Below are positions 38,778 to 51,100 of a stretch of 64,000 bases of DNA, piece after piece. Numbering within the stretch: position 1 is the first letter of the stretch; each line of letters opens with the position of its first letter. The notes under the pieces are model-generated. The model worked only from the letters and a program-made list of their open reading frames with translations. It did not search any database and had not been told where the DNA came from. This DNA is from Eledone cirrhosa (taxonomy: Eukaryota), in NCBI GenBank assembly GCA_964016885.1, contig OZ024745.1, forward strand, positions 13,268,001 to 13,332,000, read 5' to 3'. Made by a program: the position numbers and the translations under genes.

Positions 38778-38904
38778 TACTATAGTGAAATAATGAATAC
38801 TATTAATAAAACTATCCTCGTCATCTGGGAACTAAAACAAGCTACAGTTGTCACATACAGAATCAGGTATGTTTAGAATTGTTGGGATTGTAGAGTCTTG
38901 ATTG

Positions 38905-38979
38905 TACAGGGTGACTAAAAAATGAATAATGTCGACAAATATAAAAATAGGACCAGTTTTTATCTTGAGTCACCCTGTA
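38905..38979. mobile_element. Tc1/mariner mini-MITE
   Basis: tacagggtgact ... agtcaccctgta. Confidence 0.65.
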
Positions 38980-39526
38980 TAATGCATCTATTTCACTTTG
39001 TTGTAGGTTTGGTTTTCTTGTTTCTGTTGTTATTTTAGCACTGGACTCTTTACGTTTTGAGTTCAAATCCCTCCGAGGTTACCTTCGCCTTTCATCCTTA
39101 GGGAATCCTTATGGAATCCTCAGCTCCCTCAAATAAAGCATTAAGACATGCTCTCAGATCTTGAATAATGCCCCCCACCCCCGCCTCACTTATTAAATTT
39201 TGGTAATCTATCTCCGGCGAAATGTTATTGTAAGTGATTCATATTGATACAGCAGCTGGAGAATCTAATAATATTTTCCTTTTACATAAAAAAAAAAGAA
39301 ACATTATATGTGACAAAAAAAAGAACATTACAAGAAACCCCATATTTACGAACGTACACCATATAATTACCGATTCCCCCCACCCCATTTATTCCACCCC
39401 CTCCGCTTATAAGAATTTAAGCATATGTCCTCCGCCCCCCCCCCCCCCCCCCCAGGCTTATTCCAACGCCCCCTATTATTTGGGACCCGAGAGTACATGG
39501 ACACAAGATGTTTCCATATTTCATAC

Positions 39527-40451
39527 ATAATTGTTTCCACTTTTGGCACAAGGCCAGCAATTATCCCAGTGTATTACTGGTACTTTATTTTATCGACCCC
39601 GTAAGGATGAAAGGCAAAGTTAACCTCGGCGGGATTTGAACTCAGACCATAAAGGGACGTAACTCTTTGCTGCAAAGCATGGCGTCCGACCCTCTACCGA
39701 TACTGCCAATCCACTGGCATATCATTGAAGCACAAGGCCAGCAATTTAGCGGGGGTGGGGGAGACGACTAAATCTACCCCAGTACTTAACTCCGGAAAGA
39801 TGAAAGTAAAGTTGACATGGGAGGGATATGAACCCAGGACACAATAAACCGGAGGGAAAACGGTTTAATGATCCTGCCAGCTTCCAATCAGGATCAATAT
39901 AATTGTTTCTACTTTTGGCACAAGGCCAGCAATTAAATCAATACATTACTGGTACTTTATTTTATCGATCCCGTAAGGATGAAAGGCAAAGTTAACCTCG
40001 GTGGGATTTGAACTCAGAATGACAAGGGCCGTAACTCTATGCGTCAAAGCATGACGTTCGACCCTCTCCCAATACTGCCAATCCACCACCTTATCAGGAT
40101 CAATAAAATGTGCACGTGTTTCCTACAACATTTTCAATTAAACTTATAACCTAAACTATAATAAAGAAAGGCCTGCGGGACTGCGTACGGTTTATTTTGT
40201 TTTACCCCGTTAGTAAAATAAGTTGGATTACTTTGAATAAATAATTGTTTCTACTTTAGGCACAAGGCCAGCAATTACCCAGTGCATTACTGGTACTTTA
40301 TTTTATCGACCCCGTAAGGATGAAAGGCAAAGTCAACCTCGGCGGGATTTGAACTCAGATCGTAAAGGGACGTAACTATGCTGGAATACTTTGAATAAAT
40401 AATTGTTTCTACTTTAGGCACAAGGCCAGCAATTACCCAGTGCATTACTGA
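39527..40451 (-). mobile_element. Cluster of 4-5 tRNA-SINE copies
   Basis: Copies at ~39527, 39728, 39900, 40246 and 40404; TSDs atcaggatcaata and tactttgaataaataat. Confidence 0.85.
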
Positions 40452-40561
40452 TACTTTGAATAAATAATGAATGAATATTACATAATTTATCTACTAAATT
40501 TCGTAAACAAAAATAATTTCGTAAAAATAAATAATTTAAAATTGACTTCTTTTCAAAGTTG

Positions 40562-40646
40562 CACTTCCGGTATATCGTCGCCACCACCATCACTTCAACC
40601 ACCATATATATAGAAAGAGAGAGTGTGTGATGTCAACACTTCCGGT
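40562..40646. promoter_or_regulatory. Two ETS-type motifs (CACTTCCGGT), candidate promoter of the minus-strand gene
   Basis: cacttccggt at 40562 and 40637 in unique sequence upstream of the first coding exon. Confidence 0.3.
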
Positions 40647-41019
40647 GGCGATCGCTTAAATAAACATACTAATTTTCTGTCACTAATTTTCTCCTAATGC
40701 AGTTTATATATAATATCGTCTTTTTTTAATGTATCATGGATTACGTTACTGATTACATAGGACAATGTAACAACGTCTTCGTTCAATTTCTGTGTATATT
40801 GTCTATTACGATTTTATTTGATGTATCATATCTACATGTATATACATGTAGATACCTGCGTATAATATCAATATACACACTACACATGCTAGCAGAAAAC
40901 CACCCGAAGGGTGGTTTTTCTGCTAGTTCATTTTAATTACACAGTGTGTATGTTTCTATATACATGTACGTGCGAGAATATAATGATGTGAATGTGTATG
41001 TATGTATGTAGGTATGTAT

Positions 41020-44000
41020 GTATGCATGCATGTGTAAATATGGATGTTATTGTATGTGTGGATGTGTATGTTTTGAGTTGTATGTGTGCACGTGTTTATG
41101 CTTTGCATCTGTATATGTGTATATGCAGTTATTAGATGCAACAATTTTGGAATGTTTTACATATTTTTACTGTTCCATTAATGGATTGTACTTGTAATTT
41201 CCTAACTAGTTGTGTTCTTTCTGTTCCTGTGAAGCCTAGCTTCTCAAGATTTGTATTGAGGCAGTTACTAACATATCCCAGTGCCCCAATAATCACAGGA
41301 ATAAATCTGAAGGTGTAATCAGGGTGGAGTATCTGCATAAATATTCTCTGCATAAATATTCTCCTTTTCGCTAATCTTTGATATTATATTGGCATCTGCT
41401 GGGCAGCTAATTTCCACTACTGTGCATGCTTCCTTCTCCCTGTCCCATATCATAATATCTGGTCTGTTATGCCTGCATTTTATTGGGGTTTTTACTGGAA
41501 CATTCCACCAGTACTCTTTCATATTATGTACATGTCTTCCACATTGCTATAGCTTTTAATGTGTTTATTATCGTGGCTATCATTTTTACGAACTGCATTG
41601 TACAGTGTTTTGGCCACTACATCATGCTTCATAGGTAGATAGTATCGTGATGACATCTTTGGACAGCTGCTGATGACATGGGTGATATCCTCGATGTTAG
41701 TTCTGCAGAGTCTGCACTTGTTATCACATCTAGGTGTTTTGCCTGCATCCCTATCTCTTTTGTGAATCAGGTATTTCGTGCTAATCTCCTGTTCCTGGAT
41801 TGCAAAAGCGTATCCTTCAAAGTGGGAGCCAATATAGCGGTTGTTAGTCCAAGATAGACTACTTTCCTTATCCATATTACTCTCACTCTGGAGCTTCCTG
41901 GCAACATATCCATGCATGATCTTTTGCTGATAGGCATGCAGTTTTTCATCCATGGATTCACTGCGATACTGTTGAGCGACATCCCTGGAGGTGAGTTTTT
42001 GATGATCACACAGTGAATATCTCTCGGGGAGTTCCTTCCCAACTCTCATGATCTTATCTGTTTCATGCAGATAGACTTGCTCGAGAAACGGGCTCCTACG
42101 CTTCGAGGTTCGTAGATGTTGTCAGAGAGATATGATGCGACATTCAAATGTTGTCTGGACTGATGTTAGGCCTCTGCCTCCCTGCTTACGTTTCAAGTTA
42201 AGGCGGTCTATGTCACTGTTGATGTGGAAGTTTCCGGTGTTGTTCAGTATTTTTCGAGTTCCAACATCAACTGCTCGGATTTCGTCTATCGTCCAATTGA
42301 CTATTCCAAACGTTGGTGTTAGGACAGGCACAGCAAACACATTGTGAGCCACTGTCTTGTTTTGCGCAGAGAGTTCCGATGACCAAATCTTTCTTAATCG
42401 GGTGTAGTATTCCCTGGTTATGCGTTCTTTATTACAGATACCATTATAGGATATGTTCTCATCTATCCCCAGGTATCTGTAGCAGTCCTCATCAGATATC
42501 GGTGAAACAGGCCATTGATGACAATGTTGCTAGATTGGGTTGTTGTTTTTCTCCGCTTTACAGTCATATATGAGCATTTATCTTGGCCAAAATCCATTCC
42601 TATATCCTTTGAGAACGTTGTAACCAGGTCAAGATTTTTCTTCATCCCATTCATGTTCTTGGCATAGAGTTTCAGATCGTCCACAAAGAAATTATGGGTT
42701 AGGTTCGTATTTCTGTCCTCCTGTGAGCCAATGATGTATCCCTCACATTTCTTGAACAGAAAGGACAATGGGTTTAATGACAAGATGAATAATATCACAG
42801 AGAGACTGTCCCCCTGAAATATACCCCTGCAATATTTTATTTTATCAGTGAAAATAGAGTCCTCCCTCTCTGTCTTTAACCTTAGGATAGTAGCCCAAGA
42901 AGAAGACAGCCTCTCTATGGCTCTGACAATAATGTCTGGGACTTTAGCAGGTTGGAGGGCGTCTATCATCCAAGAGTGGGGAACAGAATCGAAAGCTTTC
43001 CTGTAGTTCAGCCAGACTGTAGCCATATTCTTCCTAAGTTGTCGCACCTCCGACATCGCAGTTTTGTTGATTAGGAGTTGTTCAGCACATCCCCCAAACC
43101 CCTTTCTTTCCAGCTGCTTGTTCATCTGTGATGATGTTATTATTTTCACAGTGATCTTAGAGGAATAGGTTCAGGCAGGCTGTATACATCTTATACATCA
43201 GGTTCTAGCATGCAATGGGTCGGTAGTTTTTTGCCAAGTGGGTGTCTTTGTTCTTGGGGACCAGTAATGTTTGTGCTAATGTCAACCATTCTGGTATAAG
43301 TGTATCTCCCTTAAGAACTTGTTGGTAGAGGTCAGTAAGATACCTCCGATAGAATATCAGTTTTTTGTACCAGTAGCCGACAATCATGTCTCTTCCTGGT
43401 GTTTTCTGATCTTGAAGTTTTCCTATCACAGTCAGAAGGGTACCGTCACTTATTTCGTATGTTTTGTTGTAGGAGCAATAGTTCTTTCGGATTTCTTTTA
43501 GCCACACTGCATCTTGGTTGAAATTCTTCTTTTCACCCCATATTTTGCTCTTTCTGGGATGGGGCCTCAGTGACACTTATTATTTTGCCCTTCATATCTC
43601 TATAGACTGATGCTTGGTTTCGTCTGAATCTTTTATTAAGCACCTTTCTTTCATCTACCTTCTTTGCATGTAAGAAGCATTGTCACATATCCTATGGTTT
43701 TTCGTAGGTCAGCAATCTTTTTTTCTATTTTACTTATATACGATGGTATTTTTGGTGGTGTTTTGTTCTTGTTAATATCTCTGCTATCACCAAGATAATG
43801 CTTCACTGTCGTTGCTAAGGCATATAAAAAGGCGTTGATTTGCCAAAATGTTGGGGTTTTTATCCGTCGTAAATATTCATCCCTTATTTCGTCAATAACA
43901 CGTAATATTTCATTATTTGGTTTTTTAATCAACATTGTCGTTTTAACACGTTCAGCAAGAGAGATATTTATACATGAGTTAATTTCTCTCTGGAAGATTT

Positions 44001-44612
44001 CGTTGAGGGAAATTTTCAATTGTTTATACTTTTGATTATCATTATCGATAGTGTTTTCCCCAGCATTCGAGGTAGACTTAGATGGTACAGGCGGTGTCAA
44101 GTTCCTTACTGGCATAGTTGTTTCAAGGCGCTGTTCGACCTGGCTGCTAGGAAGTCTAGTAGCATGGCGACCTGTAGCACGTGTTGTTGATCCCATGTTT
44201 GTTGTGGGGGACTTACAATTAATAATATTTATCTTATTTTTACGTTCAACAAACGTCGCTTGTTGGCGTAATTGTTTCGCTGTGAAATAATTTAGCTCTG
44301 GGTGCATTTCGTCCCAGTATAGCTTCATTCTATTCATATAGCCAATGGAGGGATTGTTTTTTGCCATTTTATAACAATTAAATAAATCATTATTAAATTC
44401 GCAACTCCAAGAGAAATGCGATTTATAATTTCGGTTTCTTCTGTAGCTACAACTGAATAAAGTTTGATTACCTTCCTTGTTATTTGTCTTCGGTACTTCC
44501 TTAATTTTTTTGTTGATGTTGTGTTCAGCCATGCTGTTTGTAGCAAATCCTTGTAAAATGAATTATGTATTTAGTCGGATATCTCTACGAATTCGAATAA
44601 AAGGTGTCTTCA
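41020..44612 (-). mobile_element. R4/Dong-like RLE non-LTR retrotransposon, near full-length, frameshifted
   Basis: Ordered fragments: N-terminal WSCEFNNDLFNCY; KNYRPIAC; RT WLNYRKAFDSVPH..GIFQGDSLS..FFVDDLKLY; GGRGL; CRLC..EDITHVISSC..HDVVAK; RLE NRPDIMIWD..VVEISCP; IPVIIGALG. Confidence 0.9.
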
Positions 44613-44629
44613 TTATGTATGTATGTATG

Positions 44630-45238
44630 TCAGATCACCAGCTTGTGCTACTGGTAACATGTATCCCAGTACAACCTGTCTCATGGTCGGGTCGTTGGCG
44701 ACTAAACTGGCAACCCCACCAAGGTTTCTTGGTGAGGAGGGTGACTTTGGACATCCTGCAGGACTAAAAACAAAACCTGTCAAAGGGCAAAGGAGCTCTT
44801 AAGAGTCAATGGCCATCCAAAATCACCGGGAGAGATGACCCCTCAGCCTTTGTCAAGGCAGAATTCTAGGAGAAGGAAAACTCTGATATAACACCTGCAA
44901 CCCTGATGGTATCCAATGATGTTGACATGTTCTTCTTTTTGGTAAATATCATCTTGGTTAAGAGAGTGGGACTGGATTTGTGCAGTGCCTTTGCTCACTA
45001 TAAAAGCTTCACGGCACGGGTATTGCTTTATATCTGGAGATCTCTCTGCACTTGTCGTCACATGATACCATGGGCCCAGCACTATGTGTCAATAATTGTC
45101 ACAAGTGTAGTGTTTGTACCAGAGTTTTCAAGTCGCTGGCTGGACTAAAAAGTCACACTCGTTCAGCGCATCAGTAGGGGTTCTCCTACATGGATATAAA
45201 GTAGTGCCCGTACTCGAAAACGAGTTGGCAGCCACCAT
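44630..45238 (+). mobile_element. Internally deleted (non-autonomous) RTE-like element
   Basis: 5'UTR-like ctaggagaaggaaaactctgat; terminal C2H2 finger CSVCTRVFKSLAGLKSHTRSAHQ*; 3' hairpin ctcgaaaacgag; bounded by (TATG)n. Confidence 0.6.
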
Positions 45239-45391
45239 GTATGTATGTATGTAGGTAGGTAGGTAGGTAGGTAGGTAGGTATGTTCTTCTGGTTTTATAA
45301 TTTCACAAATTTTTACCAATAGCGAGAGAATCGGTTTCTAACATAGACACAAGACTCCTTCATTGGAATTTAGACATCAACTAGGTAGATA

Positions 45392-45700
45392 TGTATGTAT
45401 GCATGTGTAGACATGGATGTTATTGTATGTGTGGATGTGTATATGCTTTGTATCTGTACATGTGTATATGCAGTTATTAGATGCACAATTTTTGGAATGT
45501 TTTATATATTTTTACTGTTCAATTAATGGATTGTACTTGTAATTTCCTTATTAGTTGTGTTCTTTCTGTTCCTGTGAAGCCCAGCTTCTCAAGATTTGTA
45601 TTGAGGCAGTTACTAACATACCCCAGTGTCCCAATAATCACAGGCATAAACTGAAGGTGTAATCAGGGTGGAGTATCTGCAGATTCTTCATCAGTTCTGC
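45392..45700 (-). mobile_element. Second, 5'-truncated copy of the R4/Dong-like element (3' ~300 bp)
   Basis: High similarity to 41020-41350. Confidence 0.9.
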
Positions 45701-45731
<31 letters not shown>

Positions 45732-45809
45732 TGTATGTATGTATGTATGTATGTTCTTCTGGTTTTATAATTTCACAAAGTTTTACCAATAATTTCACAT
45801 ATTTTACCA

Positions 45810-45840
<31 letters not shown>

Positions 45841-46229
45841 TGTATGTATGTATGTATGTATGTATGTATGTATGTATGTATGTATGTATGTATGTATGTA
45901 TGTATTTATGTGTGTGTGTATGTCGGTTGTGTTAAACACTTGTTCACGTATGTGAGTGCGCGTGCATGTATATTATAGATGTGAACGAATATCCTTGTAA
46001 AGTGCACATCTGTCTGTCTGCTTGTCTGTCTGTATACATGTATGTATGTACGTGTGCCTGTGTGTGTACGTGTGTGTGTGTATGTGTGCGTGTATATATG
46101 TATGTGTGTATATATGTATGTATGTGCATGTATATATGTATATATGTATGTATATATGTACCTGTGGTGTTAATGATTAAGCGTTAATAATTAAGAGTAG
46201 GTGATAGTTCAGATTAGAGATGGCAACAA

Positions 46230-46790
46230 GGTGTGGGTGGTAGTATAGGTGGTGGTGACAGTGGTAGAGATGTTGTAGATGATTGTATAGGTGGTGGTGA
46301 CATTGGTAGAGATGGTGATAGTGATGGTGGTAGATTAGGTGGTGGTCACAGTGGTAGATATGTTGATAGTGATGGTGGTAGTATAGGTGGTGGTGACGGT
46401 GGTAGAGATGATGTGACAGTATGGGGGCTTATGACTGTGGTAGAGATGGTGTGACAGTATGAGGGGTTATGACAGTGGTGGGGATGGTTGACAGTATGGA
46501 GGGTTATGACAGTGGTGGAGATGGTGTGCCAGTATGGGGGGTTATGACAGTGGTGGAGAGGGTGTGACAGCATAGGTGGTGGTGACAGTGGTGGAGATGG
46601 TGTGACAGTATAGGTGGGGGGGGGGGGGTTATGACAGTGGTGGAGTTGGTGTGACAGTATGGGGGGTTATGATAGTGGTGGAGAGGGTGTGACAGCATAG
46701 GTGGTGGTGACAGTGGTGGAGATGGTGTGACAGTATGGGGGGGGGGGTTATGACAGTGGTGGAGATGGTGATGATGGCGGTAGAGATACT
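46230..46790. repeat. Degenerate G-rich ~35-40-bp tandem repeat
   Basis: ggtgtgacagtatggggggttatgacagtggtggagat variants. Confidence 0.8.
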
Positions 46791-46967
46791 AGTAATAATG
46801 GTGGGAGAAGACATACAGAACATTGCTCAATGTTGTCTACGTGATGTGGAATTCATCAATTCCTTTAATACATCGAAACCAATCAATCAGACTTCCAACT
46901 CACCCCCCCCCCTCCAAACATTACACCCACGAATTCATGCTATTCACTTTTATATTGTTGACACAGT

Positions 46968-47101
<134 letters not shown>

Positions 47102-47189
47102 GTCGTCTATCTCTCTCTCTCTCACTCTATCTATCTATCATTCTCTCTTCCGTTAGTAAAAATAAGCTGCCAAGAAGACTATAAAACAT

Positions 47190-47990
47190 TGGAAACTTCT
47201 GGCGTCCTTGGGCCTTGGACCACCTCCCTAGGACCACCTCCCTAGGACCACCTCCCTAGTCACCACCATCGGTACCCCGTAGCTGTTGAGACTTCTGGTG
47301 TCCTTGGCCCTAGGACCACCTCCCTACCCACCGCCATTGGTACCCTGAAGCAGTGGAGACTACTGGTGTCCTTGGCAATAGGACCACCTCCCTACCCACC
47401 GCCATCGGTACCCTGAAGCAGTGGAGACTTCTGGTGTCCTTGGTCCTACTACCACCTCCCTACCCACCGTCATCGGTACCCTGAAGCAGTGGAGAGTTCT
47501 GGTGTCCTTGGCCCTAGGTCCACCTCCCTACCCACCACCATTGGTACCCTGAAGCAGTGGAGACTTCTGGTGTCCTTGGCCCTAGGACCACCTCCCTACC
47601 CACCGCCATTGGTACCCCGTAGCTGTGGAGACTTCTGGTGTCCTCGGCCCTAGGACCACCTCCCTACCCATCGCCATTGGTACCCCGTAGCTGTGGAGAC
47701 TTCTGGTGTCCTTGGCCCTAGGACCACCTCCCTACCCACCGCCATTGGTACCCCGTAGCTGTGGAGACTTCTGGTGTCCTTGGCCCTAGGACCACCTCCC
47801 TACCCACCACCATTGGTACCCCGTAGCTGTGGAGACTTCTGGTGTCCTTGGCCCTAGGACCACCACCCTACCCACCGCCATTGGTACGGAGTTGGCTACT
47901 CACAGGTGTGAGTCTCGCGAACTGGAATGGCTCTTCCAACGTGTTTCCTCACAATTTTCCGGGGAAACGGCTTCTCTATTCTGTCCGTCG
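47190..47990 (+). repeat. 68-bp minisatellite (~10 copies) within a CRE-like RLE retroelement 3' remnant
   Basis: Unit encodes AVETSGVLGPRTTSLPTAIG; continues as RELEWLFQRVS(fs)TIFRGNGFSIL. Confidence 0.8.
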
Positions 47991-48139
47991 GGGCTGCGGG
48001 TCACCCAGTGTGTGGGCCACCATTTGTATATATATAATAGTGAGACATGAGGAGAGTGAGAGAGACGGAGGCAGTGAAAGAATGAGAACATCAACACACA
48101 CATGCATTTGATAAGACAACAACAACAATAACAACAATC

Positions 48140-51100
48140 GTCACAGTATAGCTACTGACACTTCAGTTAGACTCATATCTCCCCATGTCACAGTGTAGCT
48201 ACTGACACCTCAGTTAGACTCATATCTCCCCATGTCACAGTGTAGCTACTGACACCTCAGTTAGACTCATATCTCCCCATGTCACAGTGTAGCTACTGAC
48301 ACCTCAGTTAGACTCATATCTCCCCATGTCACAGTGTAGCTACTGACACCTCAGTTAGACGCATATCTCCCCATGTCACAGTGTAGCTACTGACACCTCA
48401 GTTAGACTCATATCTCCCCATGTCACAGTGTAGCTACTGACACCTCAGTTAGACGCATATCTCCCCATGTCACAGTGTAGCTACTGACACCTCAGTTAGA
48501 CTCATATCTCCCCATGTCACAGTGTAGCTACTGACACCTCAGTTAGACTCATATCTTCCCATGTCACAGTGTGGCTACTGACACCTCAGTTAAACTCATA
48601 TCTCCCCATGCCACAGTGTAGCTACGGACACCTCAGTTAGACTCATATCTCCCCATGTCACAGTGTAGCTACTGACACCTCAGTTAGACTCATATCTCCC
48701 CATGTCACAGTGTAGCTACTGACATCTCAGTTAGACGCATATCTCCCCATGTCACAGTGTAGCTACTGACACCTCAGTTAGACTCATATCTTCCCATGTC
48801 ACAGTGTAGCTACTGACACCTCAGTTAGACTCATATCTCCCCATGTCACAGTGTAGCTACTGACACCTCAGTTAGACTCATATCTCCCCATGTCACAGTG
48901 TAGCTACTGACACTTCAGTTAGACTCATATCTCCCCATGTCACAGTGTAGCTACTGACATTTCAGTTAGACTCATATCTTCCCATGTCACAGTGTAGCTA
49001 CTGACACCTCAGTTAGACTCATATCTCCCCATGTCACAGTGTAGCTACTGACACTTCAGTTAGACTCATATCTCCCCATGTCACAGTGTAGCTACTGACA
49101 CCTCAGTTAGACTCATATCTCCGCATGTCACAGTGTAGATACTGACACCTCAGTTAGACTCATATCTCCCCATGTCACAGTGTAGCTACTGACACTTCAG
49201 TTAGACTCATATCTCCCCATGTCACAGTGTAGCTACTGACACTTCAGTTAGACTCATATCTCCCCATGTCACAGTGTAGATACTGACACCTCAGTTAGAC
49301 TCATATCTCCCCATGTCACAGTGTAGCTACTGACACTTCATTTAGACTCATATCTCCCCATGTCACAGTGTAGCTACTGACACCTCAGTTAGGCTCATAT
49401 CTCCCCATGTCACAGTGTAGCTACTGAGACCTCAGTTAGACTCATATCTCCCCATGTCACAGTGTAGCTACTGACACCTCAGTTAGACTCATATCTCCCC
49501 ATGTCACAGTGTAGCTACTGACACTTCAGTTAGACTCATATCTCCCCATGTCACAGTGTAGCTACTGACACCTCAGTTAGACTCATATCTCCCCATGTCA
49601 CAGTGTAGCTACTGACACCTCAGTTAGGCTCATATCTCCCCATGTCACAGTGTAGCTACTAACACCTCAGTTAGACTCATATCTCCCCATGTCACAGTGT
49701 AGCTACTGACACCTCAGTTAGACTCATATCTCCCCATGTCACAGTGTAGCTACTGACACTTCAGTTAGACTCATATCTCCCCATGTCACAGTGTAGATAC
49801 TGACACCTCAGTTAGACTCATATCTCCCCATGTTACAGTGTAGCTACTGACACCTCAGTTAGACACATATCTCCCCATGTCACATTGTAGCTACTGACAC
49901 CTCAGTTAGACTCATATCTCCCCATGTCACAGTGTAGCTACTGACACCTCAGTTAGACTCATATCTCCCCATGTCACATTGTAGCTACTGACACCTCAGT
50001 TAGACTCATATCTCCCCATGTCACAGTGTAGCTACTGACACTTCAGTTAGACTCATATCTCCCCATGTTACAGTGTAGCTACTGACACCTCAGTTAGACT
50101 GATATCTCCCCATGTCACAGTGTAGATACTGACACCTCAGTTAGACTCATATCTCCCCATGTCACAGTGTAGCTACTGACACTTCAGTTAGACTCATATC
50201 TCCCCATGTCACAGTGTAGATACTGACACCTCAGTTAGACTCATGTCTCCCCATGTTACAGTGTAGCTACTGACACCTCAGTTAGACTCATATCTCCCCA
50301 TGTCACAGTGTAGCTACTGACACCTCAGTTAGACTCATATCTTCCCATGTCACAGTGTAGCTACTGACACCTCAGTTAGACTCATATCTCCCCATGTCAC
50401 AGTGTAGCTACTCACACCTCAGTTAGGCTCATATCTCCCCATGTCACAGTGTAGCTACTGACACCTCAGTTAGACTCATATCTCCCCATGTCACAGTGTA
50501 GCTACTGACACTTCAGTTAGACTCATATCTTCCCATGTCACAGTGTAGCTACTGACACTTCAGTTAGACTCATATCTCCCCATGTCACAGTGTAGCTACT
50601 GACACCTCAGTTAGACTCATATTTCCCCATGTCACAGTGTAGCTACTGACACCTCAGTTAGACTCATATCTCCCCATGTCACAGTGTAGCTACTGACATT
50701 TCAGTTACACTCATATCTTCCCATGTCACAGTGTAGCTACTGACACCTCAGTTAGACTCATATCTTCCCATGTCACAGTATAGCTACTGACACCTCAGTT
50801 AGACTCATATCTCCCCATGTCACAGTGTAGCTACTGCCATTTCAGTTAGACTCATATCTTCCCATGTCACAGTGTAGCTACTGACACCTCAGTTAGACTC
50901 ATATCTCCCCATGTCACAGTGTAGCTACTGACACTTCAGTTAGACTCATATCTCCCCATGTCACAGTGTAGCTACTGACACTTCAGTTAGACTCATATCT
51001 CCCCATGTCACAGTGTAGCTACTGACACTTCAGTTAGACTCATATCTCCCCATGTCACAGTGTAGCTACTGACACTTCAGTTAGACTCATATCTCCCCAT

